From Ylistrum balloti (Eukaryota), in contig NW_026782036.1 of assembly GCF_031769215.1 (NCBI RefSeq), forward strand, positions 62,001-126,000: a DNA stretch of 64,000 nt, in the 5' to 3' direction. The stretch's first letter is position 1. Each line of letters starts with the position of its first letter. Of this stretch, positions 12,241 through 24,560 are shown piece by piece. Below the pieces are notes generated by a model. That model saw only the letters and a list, made by a program, of their open reading frames with translations. It was not told the origin of the DNA and made no database searches. The translations under genes and the position numbers were made by a program.

Positions 12241-13712
12241 TTCATCCATCTGTCTTACTGGTCAGATGGTTTGTTCAAATTCAAACAAATACAAAGATAT
12301 AATATGTACAGTAACATCAGTTTTTATTTTTCTTTGTGTAAGTACATAGGAAAAAACTTCTACATTCATTGTCATAAAACGAACTGATCCTAAAGTTAAT
12401 TCATTCCAAATATTCATCGAAAAAAAGGGATACGATATAAAACTGCTTTCACAAAAGCGGCAGGGTGTGGGAAACGGTCCATCATTATGTTGCCTTACCC
12501 CTGAATGTAGGGCGGACAACGGCCTGGTGATTGATACTGTTCTATACAAGTTATTTATTATGAAATTATAAAGTTTCAAAAAAATTATCACCGCTTGGAA
12601 AATATGTGTTAATACAGTACTTGATAGTTGAACTCGTTAGAAATTGCAAATTAATTTTGAAAGTGTAATACGTCCACGGAAAATACAATCAACATCATTC
12701 CCGAGATTTCATCATTCCAATTATTTTTATCGAGAAAAATCTTGAAGTCAATGTGTGAAAAAATATTGAGAAATATAATAGATAAGGTTGATATGATACA
12801 TCGTCACTATGTTGATGGATACGCTGTCTTCATCTTATTTTGATCTCTAATTACCATATCGTACAGCCTTCCTTATCTGTTTTAATTAGAATTTATTTTT
12901 TTTATTAAAAGAATGTGTTTACAAAATGTTGATAATGTAAAACGGCAAAACCTGTTTCATTAAGTCAAAATTACATACAGGTGATATTTGGTAACAGATA
13001 GGAGAAATGACATCACGTTTTAATTTATGGTAAGAAACGATTAGTGATCATAACAAAATAGAACTGTGGTTAGTGTGACGGGTTTTTTCAATTGTAAAAC
13101 AGGAAAATCTTCGATAACTAGGTAGACACGAAATGCAAATAAGATATAATTAACGAAACGATAAGGTTTTCGAATAAAGCGTCATATGAACTCTGTCCGA
13201 GTTTTACTTATCAGAGAATCACACAGGGTTTATTGACATACTGGTCTACCGCCGGCCTTCCTCTAGATAGTCTTTATTAAAACTCTACAAGGGGAAAAAA
13301 CCCTCTAAAATCGAAAGCATAGAGATGTAGATCTAATCGCAGCGGTTTTCCGAAATAAAATCAGCTTAAAAGATAAAACTCCCAGCGGGCTAGTAGCTCG
13401 TGGTGCTGGAGGTTATTGCAATATTTGTGATCTGCACATGAATTTGGCTCAATCTGCCATTGTCTGTTAGACATCTATCTTGACATGTCTGTACGTATAC
13501 CCGCTGTGGATACTAACCTATCGGCAATTTCAGGAGTTTAAACGATTATATCAATACAAGTGTACAATAGGGAAGGCAACGAATGCTGTATGTTTTGGCA
13601 TCGCGCACAGAAACACTTGATGAATTCATATTCTTCAGAGAAAACAGTTGTTGTCTCAGAAAGATAAAACTGGATTCTCACGATCGGCTGGTTTCATATT
13701 GGTTATAACGTC

Positions 13713-13900
13713 ATTTATCATGAGAGCTAATTTTCGCGCCCTGGCGAACATAACAGTAGATTACTCGTAACATCTGACGACACGTTATCGCTGTATCTAA
13801 TGTTCTTCAATAGAATTTATCACGAGAGTTAATTTTCTCCTCTTGACAAACTCACAAAGAGATTACTAATCCTGTTTAATGCCTATAGACACATTATCTA
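13713..13900. repeat. Old degenerate direct duplication, about 102-bp period, 2 copies
   Basis: ATTTATCATGAGAGCTAATTTT at 13713 versus ATTTATCACGAGAGTTAATTTT at 13815. Similarity continues (AGATTACT, GACAC(G/A)TTATC). Confidence 0.7.
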
Positions 13901-16644
13901 TATGCTAGTCATCAAAAACAATATATACCATTAATGGGTCTTAATTCCATTAACTTTCCGGTAGTCGAATAAATAAATAGAAAGCAAGTTATATTAGCAG
14001 TGACATTGCTGTACATTTCCTTTAATGGTACAAACATTTCATTTAAATTGTTGTGTATCTTTGTTTATGAATTATAAATTTAGGAAATTACATTCAATGC
14101 AGAAAATGCAGAAGGCCACAAGCAGATAAACTTAAATCTACGGCTCTGTAAAGTTCAATACGAATTATTGATTTATTTTCAGATTGATCAATTTTTATCA
14201 CATAATTCTATTCTTAATATGTGTGAATTTGAATTTCATACAAAATATTATTATACTTTCTTCATCGCATATGGATCAATAAATATTTCTAGTGCACAGT
14301 TACCTACCGGTTTTTATTTCGTATCGAACGCTCCTACAGCTCGCGAATGAGTCCATATAATCTATGTCCCACAGGTAAAATTGACAATACATTTTTCATG
14401 TATGTTAAAATTGACAAAGGCAGAATCTGAAATATAGCTATAAACAGGATTAACAGGTCAGTCTTTCGTTGCATGCCCTGCATACATGTATATACGCAAC
14501 TTTTATCTCTGGCACCTGTGAATTTACATACAACGCGATGACAATCGAACACCGTAAACATGTCCAACATTTGGCAAGAAACTTCTAGGAGATTTATTAC
14601 AAGTACGTCATATTTTTAACATCGAAAGGTAGCTTAGATGACTATATGGATAACACTTATCGATTATCTTAAAATTCACAATATGATGTAATATTGCCCA
14701 GTTATTAATTTTCCGTACACATCTAACCTTGTTTCTCATCAGCTGTAAAACACGATGTTTAAAAACTGATTTGCAAGTCGAAAAAATAAACAAATGAAAA
14801 AAATGTACCAGGATACATACAAGAACAAAACTAGTATTGTGGAAAATATATCTTAATCTTAAATAAAATGGACTCAAAATAGTATTTCATGCTTTTAGTA
14901 ATCTTCAAATGGGATCAGATGATACAAAACGCGAGAATCCAGGGCAGTGACTGCTATATCCGGTAAGGACACTGGAAAATCGAATTAGTTTTTCAATCCT
15001 TGCTATATTTAAGACACAATGGGAGTGATATAATTGTCTTATACTTTCACAGATCAACGTGATATGTCATAGAATGCATAATAAAAATATACATAAAACA
15101 GACATTCAATTTGCAGTTGTACGAACCAGAATCGCTCCGTCTGTGTCGAAAGTCTTGACTGATTACTAGTGCAGTGATGTGTCTGTAGATTGACTGTAAT
15201 TACAAAAGAAGAAAACAAGAATTTCGATAGCATCATTATCCTAACATTCCTGGGCAAGAGCTTACTGAAACCTCCACATGTGAAGATGATTCTATTGTAT
15301 ATAAATTGGATGTAATTCTCAAAGACATTCAACGATTTAAGCTCGTTACCTACCGGAAGCTGGGATGTTGGACCTGATGGTAGGTACACCTGATAGCAAG
15401 AAAAACATTTGAGGCAAACTCATAATCTAAAATATCATTGATTACAACTCATTTATCCACATCAAAATCGAACATGCTGTGAGGAAAGCATTTGATTTCA
15501 TCAATCGATAACCGCGCGGGGCTTTACAGAAAAGTGATAAAATGTGATTTATTCCGAAGGTATCAGAAACCATCTGTAAATGTTAAATATTTGTATACTT
15601 CAAAGAAAGTTATACAATATTGCTAAAACATGCGGAATTAGGTGCACATTTAATTGCAAAACCTGGTATCCATTTTAAACAGATTGAGGAAGTAAGTGCA
15701 TACAGTATGTGTATTTGATACCTCGTTCACGACATGTGGTTTTGTGCAGAAACTATTGTCTGAAGCTACGGGATGTCATACTAACTTTTTCTGTACAATC
15801 GTTTCCAAATATTATTATAAATATCTTGGTTAATGACAGATTTCCTGTTAATTGCACGGAAAAGCAAGCTGAATAAAAAGTGACACTTCGTCATTTTGTT
15901 TCCAGACATCCGCCTTTGCTGAGGAAGTCACAATAGTTCAAATTATTATGGCCATGTAAAACTTGGAATCACAACATCGCAAATTCTAGAAAATGTCTTT
16001 CAGGACAGTAAGTTGTTAAAACAAATTAGAATTTCTGTTAGTATTTTTTTGCAAATGGAAAGTTATACAATACATAATATGAAAATCATCCCGCGGCGGA
16101 ATTGCATTTTCTTTTGATGTGTTTGTGAAATCCGCAAATTATCACGCCTCTTTAGTGAACAGATAAACCCAGCGTAAGATGTTGGTATCGTTGTACGTGG
16201 TGTAAACTTTCTTATTGCCTTTTAAAGTCAATTGAATGCCGTTTATCCATAATGGACAATACAAAGTGTTCAACATGCGAATACATAATGTATGCCTTGT
16301 TCAATATACCGGAAGCTGAAAAATTAGAAAAATGTCGTTTTCAAGTGTTTTTGAGTTGTGGTTATCCCGCAAGCGTGTGTTTGTGGAAGTCTATGACGTC
16401 CTTGACATCTGCGTAAAGTTGATCCGTTGTGTAGTTAATTAGACATTATAACCAGATGTCAATTTACTTGATATATATGGATTTGATAAGAGCATGACGC
16501 TGATATTATGGAAATATCTTCATCCATAGACGATAGTTCTCGCCAATAGCTTATATTGGTTTCTATCCCATTCCAATTAAGTTTCTCTTGGCCGTGGCAC
16601 CAAGATTTCAGACAGCGCTATACAGGTGTAGTACAGAGGTTTTG

Positions 16645-16880
16645 AGCTGTGTTATACAAATGTAGTAGCTACTACAGACTAAGACAACTCAGTGAGATTT
16701 AGGACAATGTTATACAAATGTAGTAATTGTGGTCTCTCTGGGTCAATGCACTAAGGTAGGATTTAGGACAATGTTATACAAATGTTGGTAGTTACAGTTT
16801 CTCCTTACCACAGTTCAGTGAGATTTTTGACAATGCTTTACAAATGTAGTGTGATTGTAGTTTCTCCTGGTCAAGACACC
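16645..16880. repeat. Degenerate tandem repeat, about 58-64 bp period, about 4 copies
   Basis: G(T/C)T(A/T)TACAAATG at 16651, 16709, 16773 and 16835. The last three are preceded by GATTT(A/T)(G/T)GACAAT. Confidence 0.8.
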
Positions 16881-17194
16881 TCAGTTTTCAAGACACACAA
16901 ATCCGCTAGTTCAGATAGTTCATTATAACAGCTACTGTAGTTAATTTCTTATCTAACAAATCAACATCTGGCATAACAAAAACACAACAGCTTCCGGAAA
17001 TAATGGCATGTTGCTATCGTATTCCGTCAGTGTTTATCATGTAAATGTTTTAAAGATAATATTTTATGTTTCGTACATCTTAGTTTGATAAGGTATCTGG
17101 ATATTTGAGTAATTTTCCTCCCTGGGTAGTGAGAATCCCGTACTGCAAGTATGTGTTTCAAAATCAAAAAGATCGGAAATGATCAGAATCTTCA

Positions 17195-17310
17195 TTTTTT
17201 GTTCTTTGTTTTTTTGTTTTTGTTGTTTTGTTGTTTTTTGTTTTGTTTTTTTATTTTTGTTGTTGTTATTTTGATTGTTTTCTGTTTTGGTGAAAATGTT
17301 TTTGTTCTTA
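17195..17310. repeat. T-rich low-complexity tract (TTTG/TTTTG-like)
   Basis: Read directly. It produces the spurious F-rich and K/N-rich ORFs. Confidence 0.85.
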
Positions 17311-18279
17311 AATATATTGTTTTACTAAAACTAAAGATATCTAATTTCGAAATGCACATTGCTGTAAATTGCATAGAGAGTAATGAAGAGAGTAATAAAA
17401 CACGCGAAAGTATCGTGTTTTACAGTGATTTGTCAAAACTGATGAGCATTTGGCGCGAAAGTGGAGTTTAACCTTGAGCGCGCTTTTCATGATATTGTTG
17501 TATGACATACCGTGAATTCTCAAAGATCTTTTTGTAATGAAATTACAAAGACAATTGGGATCTAAGGTTACTAAATTCGATTATTTTCTGGAGATATTTC
17601 CTAAAACAGATGTCGTTAACTATCCATTTATGTTCAGTTCAATGCATAATGGTTTGTATGGGTTAAGAAATAATGACTATTTTATTACAACTATAAACAT
17701 ATCTAAATGATATCTCCAGGGAGAATGCATTTGTTGCTGGAAAGCATCACATTCTATGACACAGGGTCGATGCTAAAAATATCATAATAAAACGCAGATG
17801 TTACCCTAACTTGTTTTACACGACAAGGGAATCCCTGGACGTTTACAATGTCTTTGAAGGTGACCTCGGGGTTGACAACGAAGGCAGTTTCGCTAACCAC
17901 TTCTGGCATCATGTGTTTTTGTCCGATGTGATCCATAATCATTGTGATTTGATCAACTGTTATGGCAATTGTAAGTGGTCGAATTCGTGCGTTGTGATTA
18001 GTCGGCAATCACTACCGAGAAACAGATAGCATGAATATCTATTTTATTTTCGGAGATACATATAAATACATGACAATGCTTCTAGACATAACCATGTGCT
18101 GCTAATGGCGATTGACTTGCAGTATAATGACAGGAGTTTTCCCTTAATGTGTTTTCAAATGTAAAAGAGTTCTTTGTTTATCCATGGTTTGATAAATAAA
18201 ACTACATGCAAAGCATGTCGATAGAAAGTCTGCTGGCAACTCATAATGGAGTATAATGCAGTTATAGATCGATCAGGAT

Positions 18280-18740
18280 AGATGGATGAGTGAGTGATGG
18301 ATTTTTGATGGATGGATGGGTGGGTGGATGGAGAGATGGGTGGGTGGTGGATGTATGAATGGGTGAGTGGTGGATGGATGGATGGGTGGGTGGTGGATCA
18401 GTGAGTTGTTGGATAGATGGATGGGTGGGTGGTGGATGGATGGGTGCGTTAGTGAGTTGGTAGTAGCTGGGTGGATGGATGGATAGATAGATGGATGGTT
18501 GGATGGTGGATGTATGGATGGGTGAGTCAGTGAGTTGGTGGGTAGATGGATGGGTGGATGCGTTAGTGAGTTGGTAGTAGCGGGGTGGATGGATGGATAG
18601 ATAGATAGATCGGTGATTAGTTGGGGATGAGTGGGTCAGTTAGTTGGTGGATAGATGGATGGGTGAGTGAGTGGCGAATGGTTGGTTGGGTGGGTTGGTA
18701 AGTCGGTGGTGGATGGGGTGTTTGGTGGGTTGGTGAGTGA
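18280..18740. repeat. Degenerate (GGAT/GGGT/GAGT/AGAT)n compound microsatellite
   Basis: Long run of GGAT/GGGT tetramers with an internal duplication of about 115 bp. Confidence 0.92.
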
Positions 18741-21700
18741 TCGTTTATGACAGTTTTACGTTGAGACTGAAATCGTTTCTTGTGTTGATGGAAACAATAT
18801 TGCAAGCAATAATTTCCTGACTCCTTGATATCTCGAACTCAACATAGTGGTCTGGTGTTCACCCGTGGTCTTCAATCTAAAGCTATAGTGTTATTTCCAT
18901 CACTGTAATTTAATACAACAGTGCGCGCTGCCTTTCATACTACAGAGGGATTTTTGTTGATGTAAGAGAGTCAGAGATTATACTGACGGTGACTGATTAC
19001 TTCAATACTGGCATCGAAGCCAATGTAAATAATTAACAACGGCACATGGCCGTTATTCTCCAAACTGTCCTATAACGTATGTCGTTATTGTAAATCACTT
19101 TATATTAACAAGATTTAAAAAGAAAACAACTCTTCTAAACCCTTTTTATTGACGCGAAATTCGATAGACTCACAGTAGAATCAGCTGTGAATACTTTTAA
19201 TATATTCCTTTTTGAATGTGACTGATCTTTTTTCTTTGATTTCTCGATTTTGGAAATCATATATTCTAGTCCATATACATTTGAAAATATTTGACGTGAT
19301 TTTGTTTTGTGTGAGTCCAATAAAAAGAGTTACATTGTTAGGCTTTTGATTGAGTGGATGAGACGAATGGTTGGTGATAAAAAGGAAATCGGCCGAAAAC
19401 ATTACATACATTCTGGAAAATGCATTTGAACTCGAAAAAGGCATGTAAATTCTTCGTCGGTGGTACAAACACAACATAAATAAGCATGTGGTGTTTTATC
19501 TTATATATTCACAATATTGTGGTTACATTAAGTGTCAGCTAGTACACTTGACAAATTTGGTGCCAGAAAGCCTACAATGAAAAATATTATATTCATGACA
19601 ATCGCTTTAAATGCACGAATTTAATCGAACATTACAAAGTTTTATAATCTAATATGCTTAAGATGCCATTGGTGTCATTCAAATTTCAAAACTGTTCCAC
19701 ACTCATATTGACGTTACGAATCGTTGATCTCCTAATCAGCGCTTGATTGTCCACGCAATGACGTACTTGTGTTAATCCTATCTGTCGACTCGTAAGTTAT
19801 TCCAAGGGGAAGTTTCCTTTGTTAAATCATTGTGGTTTTCACTGACATTTAACACGTCCTAGTCACCACAGTATCAACTATTAGTTTGACTTGGTTTATA
19901 AACCGCTGAACAGTGTACCACCATAAATATCGACAACTTCATACATTTAATACATCAAATAGCATACATGATTGATAAAGAGGAGACAAATAAATAATGA
20001 TGTGAGAAGTTTTAATAGGTTCTTAATTCAAATAAGCTTAAATTTTTCACACTTCCGTTTTCAAAGACATTAATTGACGTTTTTTGTTTTTTTAATTTAA
20101 ATTTACGCCATGCATTTTGACACTACGTAATGACAATAAGGAAATCTGGTTTAAATACGAAGCTGAATGATTGCGTCAACTTCACGTAGAAACGTATACA
20201 AACGTATATGAACATGACGTATTTAGTAATACCTGATGAGGTCAAAGTTCACGTGTCCTTATTTACTGAAATTGATTCCTACATAATTGAAGAGGTAAAT
20301 GTCTAGATATTAAAACACTTCCCCATTAATGAATTAATGTTTATCATTAGCGCAGTAGACAACCCTGCGTTTACGGTACAGTTATACGTATATGCTAACC
20401 AATGGAATTCTTCATCGTTTGAAGTCTTAAAAAGAATATTTTGACTAATGCTTTGTATTGCATACCTATTTTTCATAAAGAAAATGAATATTAAAAAAAT
20501 GTGTATATTTTTTTTTATGAAAACCAAGTTTAATTCAAATTTTATCAGAGACCTGCAAGTTGTCGATTTTCTGTGATATTTGTATCCTTCAGTGACAATC
20601 AAAAGGTACACACGTTTTATAACGAATCTGTGACCTAGATAAGGACATTGTGAATGACTGCTTCCTTAACAGGACAAGTTACAATTGAATGAGGTTATCT
20701 CTCGTTCATTGTCAAGGTTCAACGAAGCGAGACTTCTCTGTATGTAAATTAGGGATAGATAACTACATATGTATCTCCACTAACACGGAAAAAACTCGAA
20801 TATTTTCATTTCAAACATCTGGTAATAGATCAGTCAAGAGAAGATTTCATAATTTACACTACAGGTGGTTTTTTTGTTATAAAGTCACTTTGGTGGGTGA
20901 ATACCAATGTTGATTATAAATAGGTTCTTTTTCTGTAATGACAGGGTGCAATGAGAGAGGTAATCGCGTCCATAACATTGTTTGTCTAGATAACTTGTCC
21001 GTCCTGCCATCCGTACTTCAATCTTACTTCATATTTCTCATGGTTAGATCGGTGTGTTGTAACGTCCGCCCCTTTTTAGTGTTAGTGTGATGCTCGCTTG
21101 TATGTCTTAGTATGCCTAATATAGAATTGTCATATTTTCAACCAACCATCTCATAATGTCTGTCCATCTGTCCACCAGTCCTTGCTGGTAAACACTATTT
21201 TTGTTTAAAAGGACTTTGTAAAGTGTGGCGTGTTTTTCGTCCTTTGTCTATGGACCATATACTTCAATAAGATGACCATTTAACATTATACTTTAAATAC
21301 ATTTCACGAAGTTAACGAATTTAATAATAAATGTCAACACTTTGTCTTTCACACACAGCGAACGACCGAAGCCATGAACTTTCTGGGTCTAAATCCAACA
21401 TCTAAACCGAATCACACTTCTCCTAAACTAAGTTATTCTGAAATGAAATGTTATTACATAATATTGTTCTCACACCAATCACGCATGATAAACGAGAACA
21501 CTTTTCTTATTTTTGATTAACTGTTTATCTTGTCGCCCGGCCGCTGAAGCACTTTTCTCCACATTATTTGAATGTTATTTCATTTCAGCGATTGTTTTAT
21601 TTTCGTATTCCAAAGAAACATTTGGGGCAGGAGTTCCTTCTTTTTAAATGAATAATATCTTTAAGTTTCACAGCTATCTAACGACCTGTGTTCGCTTCCA

Positions 21701-22398
21701 CCGAATCCAAATACTGTAGCAAAAACAACTTTGAAAGCAAACAGAGTTTAGTGACTCGTACACGCTATTGTGTAATGCAACAATGTCACAATTCAAGCCT
21801 CGTGAATTACCACGCGCGAAATAATATTACTTTGACCAGAGACCTCTAGTAACTGTCCCACAGTCTATGTTATCTTTGTATTCCTTTTTCGTCGTTTTTC
21901 AGAAGTTTCAAAATGCGAGGGCACTCATTAAATTTCTTTTCAAACAGACAATGGAATTTGTGAAATTTAGAGTTGCATTATCTTGTTTCATTGGCAACGG
22001 AATGACACGTGGCTGTCGCTAATGAACTTTCTGCGCTGAGGATAACATTATTATTAGATTTGTTTTAGGATAACTAGTCTTTTTTATTTATCGAAAATGT
22101 TTAATTTAAACATTAAACAGATTTGTTCTCATTTACGGTCCGAGGCTGGCGTTACAGGATTATAAACAAATTCGCAGCTAGTACAGGTTATTCGAACGGA
22201 ATCCTTTGCCGACTGCCAAGACTATCAATAGGAACATATGATGGTTTAATGCTTAAAAGCACGAATTCTGTCAGCTACATCATGGCAAACTTTATCACTT
22301 TTAACCACAATGTCATTTCACAGTTTAATTAAAATTTGACTTCTTTTGACCCGTGATCTTTCGGACCTCCAAAAAAATATGTCCATTTGTTGAGGTGT

Positions 22399-22574
22399 AA
22401 GCCTGGCAACTTAGGACCATCAGTATGGTGATTAAGGACCATCAGTATGGTGATTAAGGACCACTAGTCGTGTGATCTAGGACCATCAGTATGGTGATCT
22501 AGGACCATCAACCCGGCGATTTAGGAACATTAGCCTGGCGACTCATGACCATCAGTATGGTGATTAAGGACCAG
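22399..22574. repeat. Tandem minisatellite, 22-bp unit (AGGACCATCAGTATGGTGATT/CT-), 8 copies
   Basis: AGGACC or a variant at 22413, 22435, 22457, 22479, 22501, 22523, 22545 and 22567. Confidence 0.93.
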
Positions 22575-24229
22575 TAATAAACGCCTATCACGGAAGTCGT
22601 GTGAAGTCTATATATATCATTGTATAAGTTGACTGCAATAATCTTATATCTATATTGTATTAACATTGTACAATAGACAAAGTGAATAGCACCTTTTAAC
22701 ACAATTTATCATTAGAGTGGTTCGCAAAGAATTAAACGGTACCATCAACGTGTTAAGTCCTTCTAGGACTCCTCACTAGTGCGTAGTTCTGTAACTATGT
22801 ATGTGAATTGCCAATTTAAAAAATGAAAAACAAAAACAAAAAAGCAAAAAACAGAAAAAAAACAAAAACAAACAAAAGATCCTGATACAATTTCCAGTGC
22901 GATATGACTTATTTGTGAAAAATAAAAAGATGGTGTTTTCGCTATTCTGTGCTACACGAGCAAAAATACGCCTTAGTTTCTCGGACATAACATACTTTCA
23001 TTAATGTCATATTTCTTAAATCAACCTCAGGCTAATGGTATTCTTAAATCCACTTTTCAGGCATGACATTCATGAGAGTTGCATATAAAGAAAACCATTT
23101 ATAGAATCCTTAAGTAATGTGTAATTTGAAGTTTGATGGGGGTGAAATGTCCACATAACAGGCGATGTCACTTCGGGATGAAGGGTTGTTGGAGTGGGAT
23201 GGGGCAACAAAATATAGGAATATAAGGATGAAAAGATGGGAGGAAATGAAAGCATATGATGGGGAAAGATTTAATCCTGGGGGTCTGTAGGAGGTATTAG
23301 TCGTCGCATCCCTCTAACGACTTGCCGGAAGTAATGTAGCTATATTCTTTCTAAGCTCCAGACCAGGTTGGATAACTAGATTCTTTCCTTACCAGTACCT
23401 ACAAGCACCCCTACCCCCTCCCCATGTTCCCCACCGGTGAACCATGGACTTAGATATCTATTTCAAGTCACTTAGTCCAATGGTAAACTAACCACACCAA
23501 GCAGTAGTCAGAGCCTTTAACAGTTCATCTGGAAAGAAATCCGTTAATCACGTACAATTAATAACAAAATTAATGTTTTTACCGTTATGTCCTCTTAAGA
23601 AAGAAAAATAACTAGTATAAAGGTGAGCGTGTACATTGCAAAAGGTAACTGAAATCCGGCATGGCCGGCAAAGATACAATGTATCTTACACTAAGGTTCC
23701 TCTACAGTTTTCCAATTGTTACTCGAGGGAACTTTCAGTCCCTTTGAATCTCTTTTATCCCCGCAGTAAATTGTAAAACAGGCATCTTTTTAAACAAAAG
23801 AATAAAGTTCTGTGTGTAAGAGTTTTGGAAGACAATGATACATTTTCCTGGCGAGTGAAGACATTCCAGTTGCTAGCAGAACATAGCCAATGATTAGTAA
23901 AGTCTGTGATCGAAGCAGTGTACATATATGTACCATGTTCTGTAACTAGTTCATACTAGGAACCATCAGACATAGTGCTCTGTGGAATATAGTACTAACA
24001 CAAGCTGACATGGCGGTATTGACTTAGTATAAAGCTGTAAAGCAGACCTTGGGGCATATACTAGGAGTCAGTCGGATTCCATCCTCTAAAGGCATTCAAT
24101 ATCAGTTTTCTCCGTTTATTTAGTACTTGTATATAAAAATATATGCGATAGAAACTACATATATATTTATTTATAAGCATTAACATGTTTTTGTTAATTT
24201 GATTTTTGAATGCTTGCAGATTGATATTA

Positions 24230-24560
24230 CTAAACACTTCCCATAACAAAACCTTTACTGTAAGATTAAGAGCCTTTGTTAATCAGCATTTCCCAGTTTT
24301 TTGTCAATAGAGTTAAAATGAAATAATATTACCAACTAATTCAATTGTTCGTCATGAAATATCGTAATCTTTTTATGAATACTTTTAAAATCTCGCCATC
24401 TCAATGAATAGAAGATGTTTTATATCAACACCAGCATGACCGAAGGTCTGGACAGGACTTGGGCAAGTCTAGGTACTTCTAATTGGAAACAAATCCAATT
24501 AGGCCAAATAAACACAACGTAGATGAGAAGAGTGATAAACGTTATCACCAGGGAGCAATG
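24230..24560 (-). pseudogene. Possible very degraded LINE reverse-transcriptase relic
   Basis: The minus strand gives GDN..(S)TLLIYVVFI (cf. QGDNLSPxLFxxFI), then about 43 codons later GVDIKHLLF (cf. GVxI..xLLFADD). The catalytic DD is not preserved. Confidence 0.3.

Noticed and set aside
15346-15388. 8-bp inverted repeat TACCTACC/GGTAGGTA (a similar 8-bp pair lies near 49830-49865)
   Set aside because: Short stems with long loops and no Helitron CTRR end or other context. Likely chance.
17436-17480. Hammerhead-like CTGATGA-GC..GC-GAAA
   Set aside because: Stem II is only 2 bp, stem III is marginal, and no stem I can form.
22399-22574. CRISPR-like repeat-spacer appearance (also considered for the other arrays)
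   Set aside because: Eukaryotic context, variable parts only about 10 nt and recurring, and no cas genes or leader.
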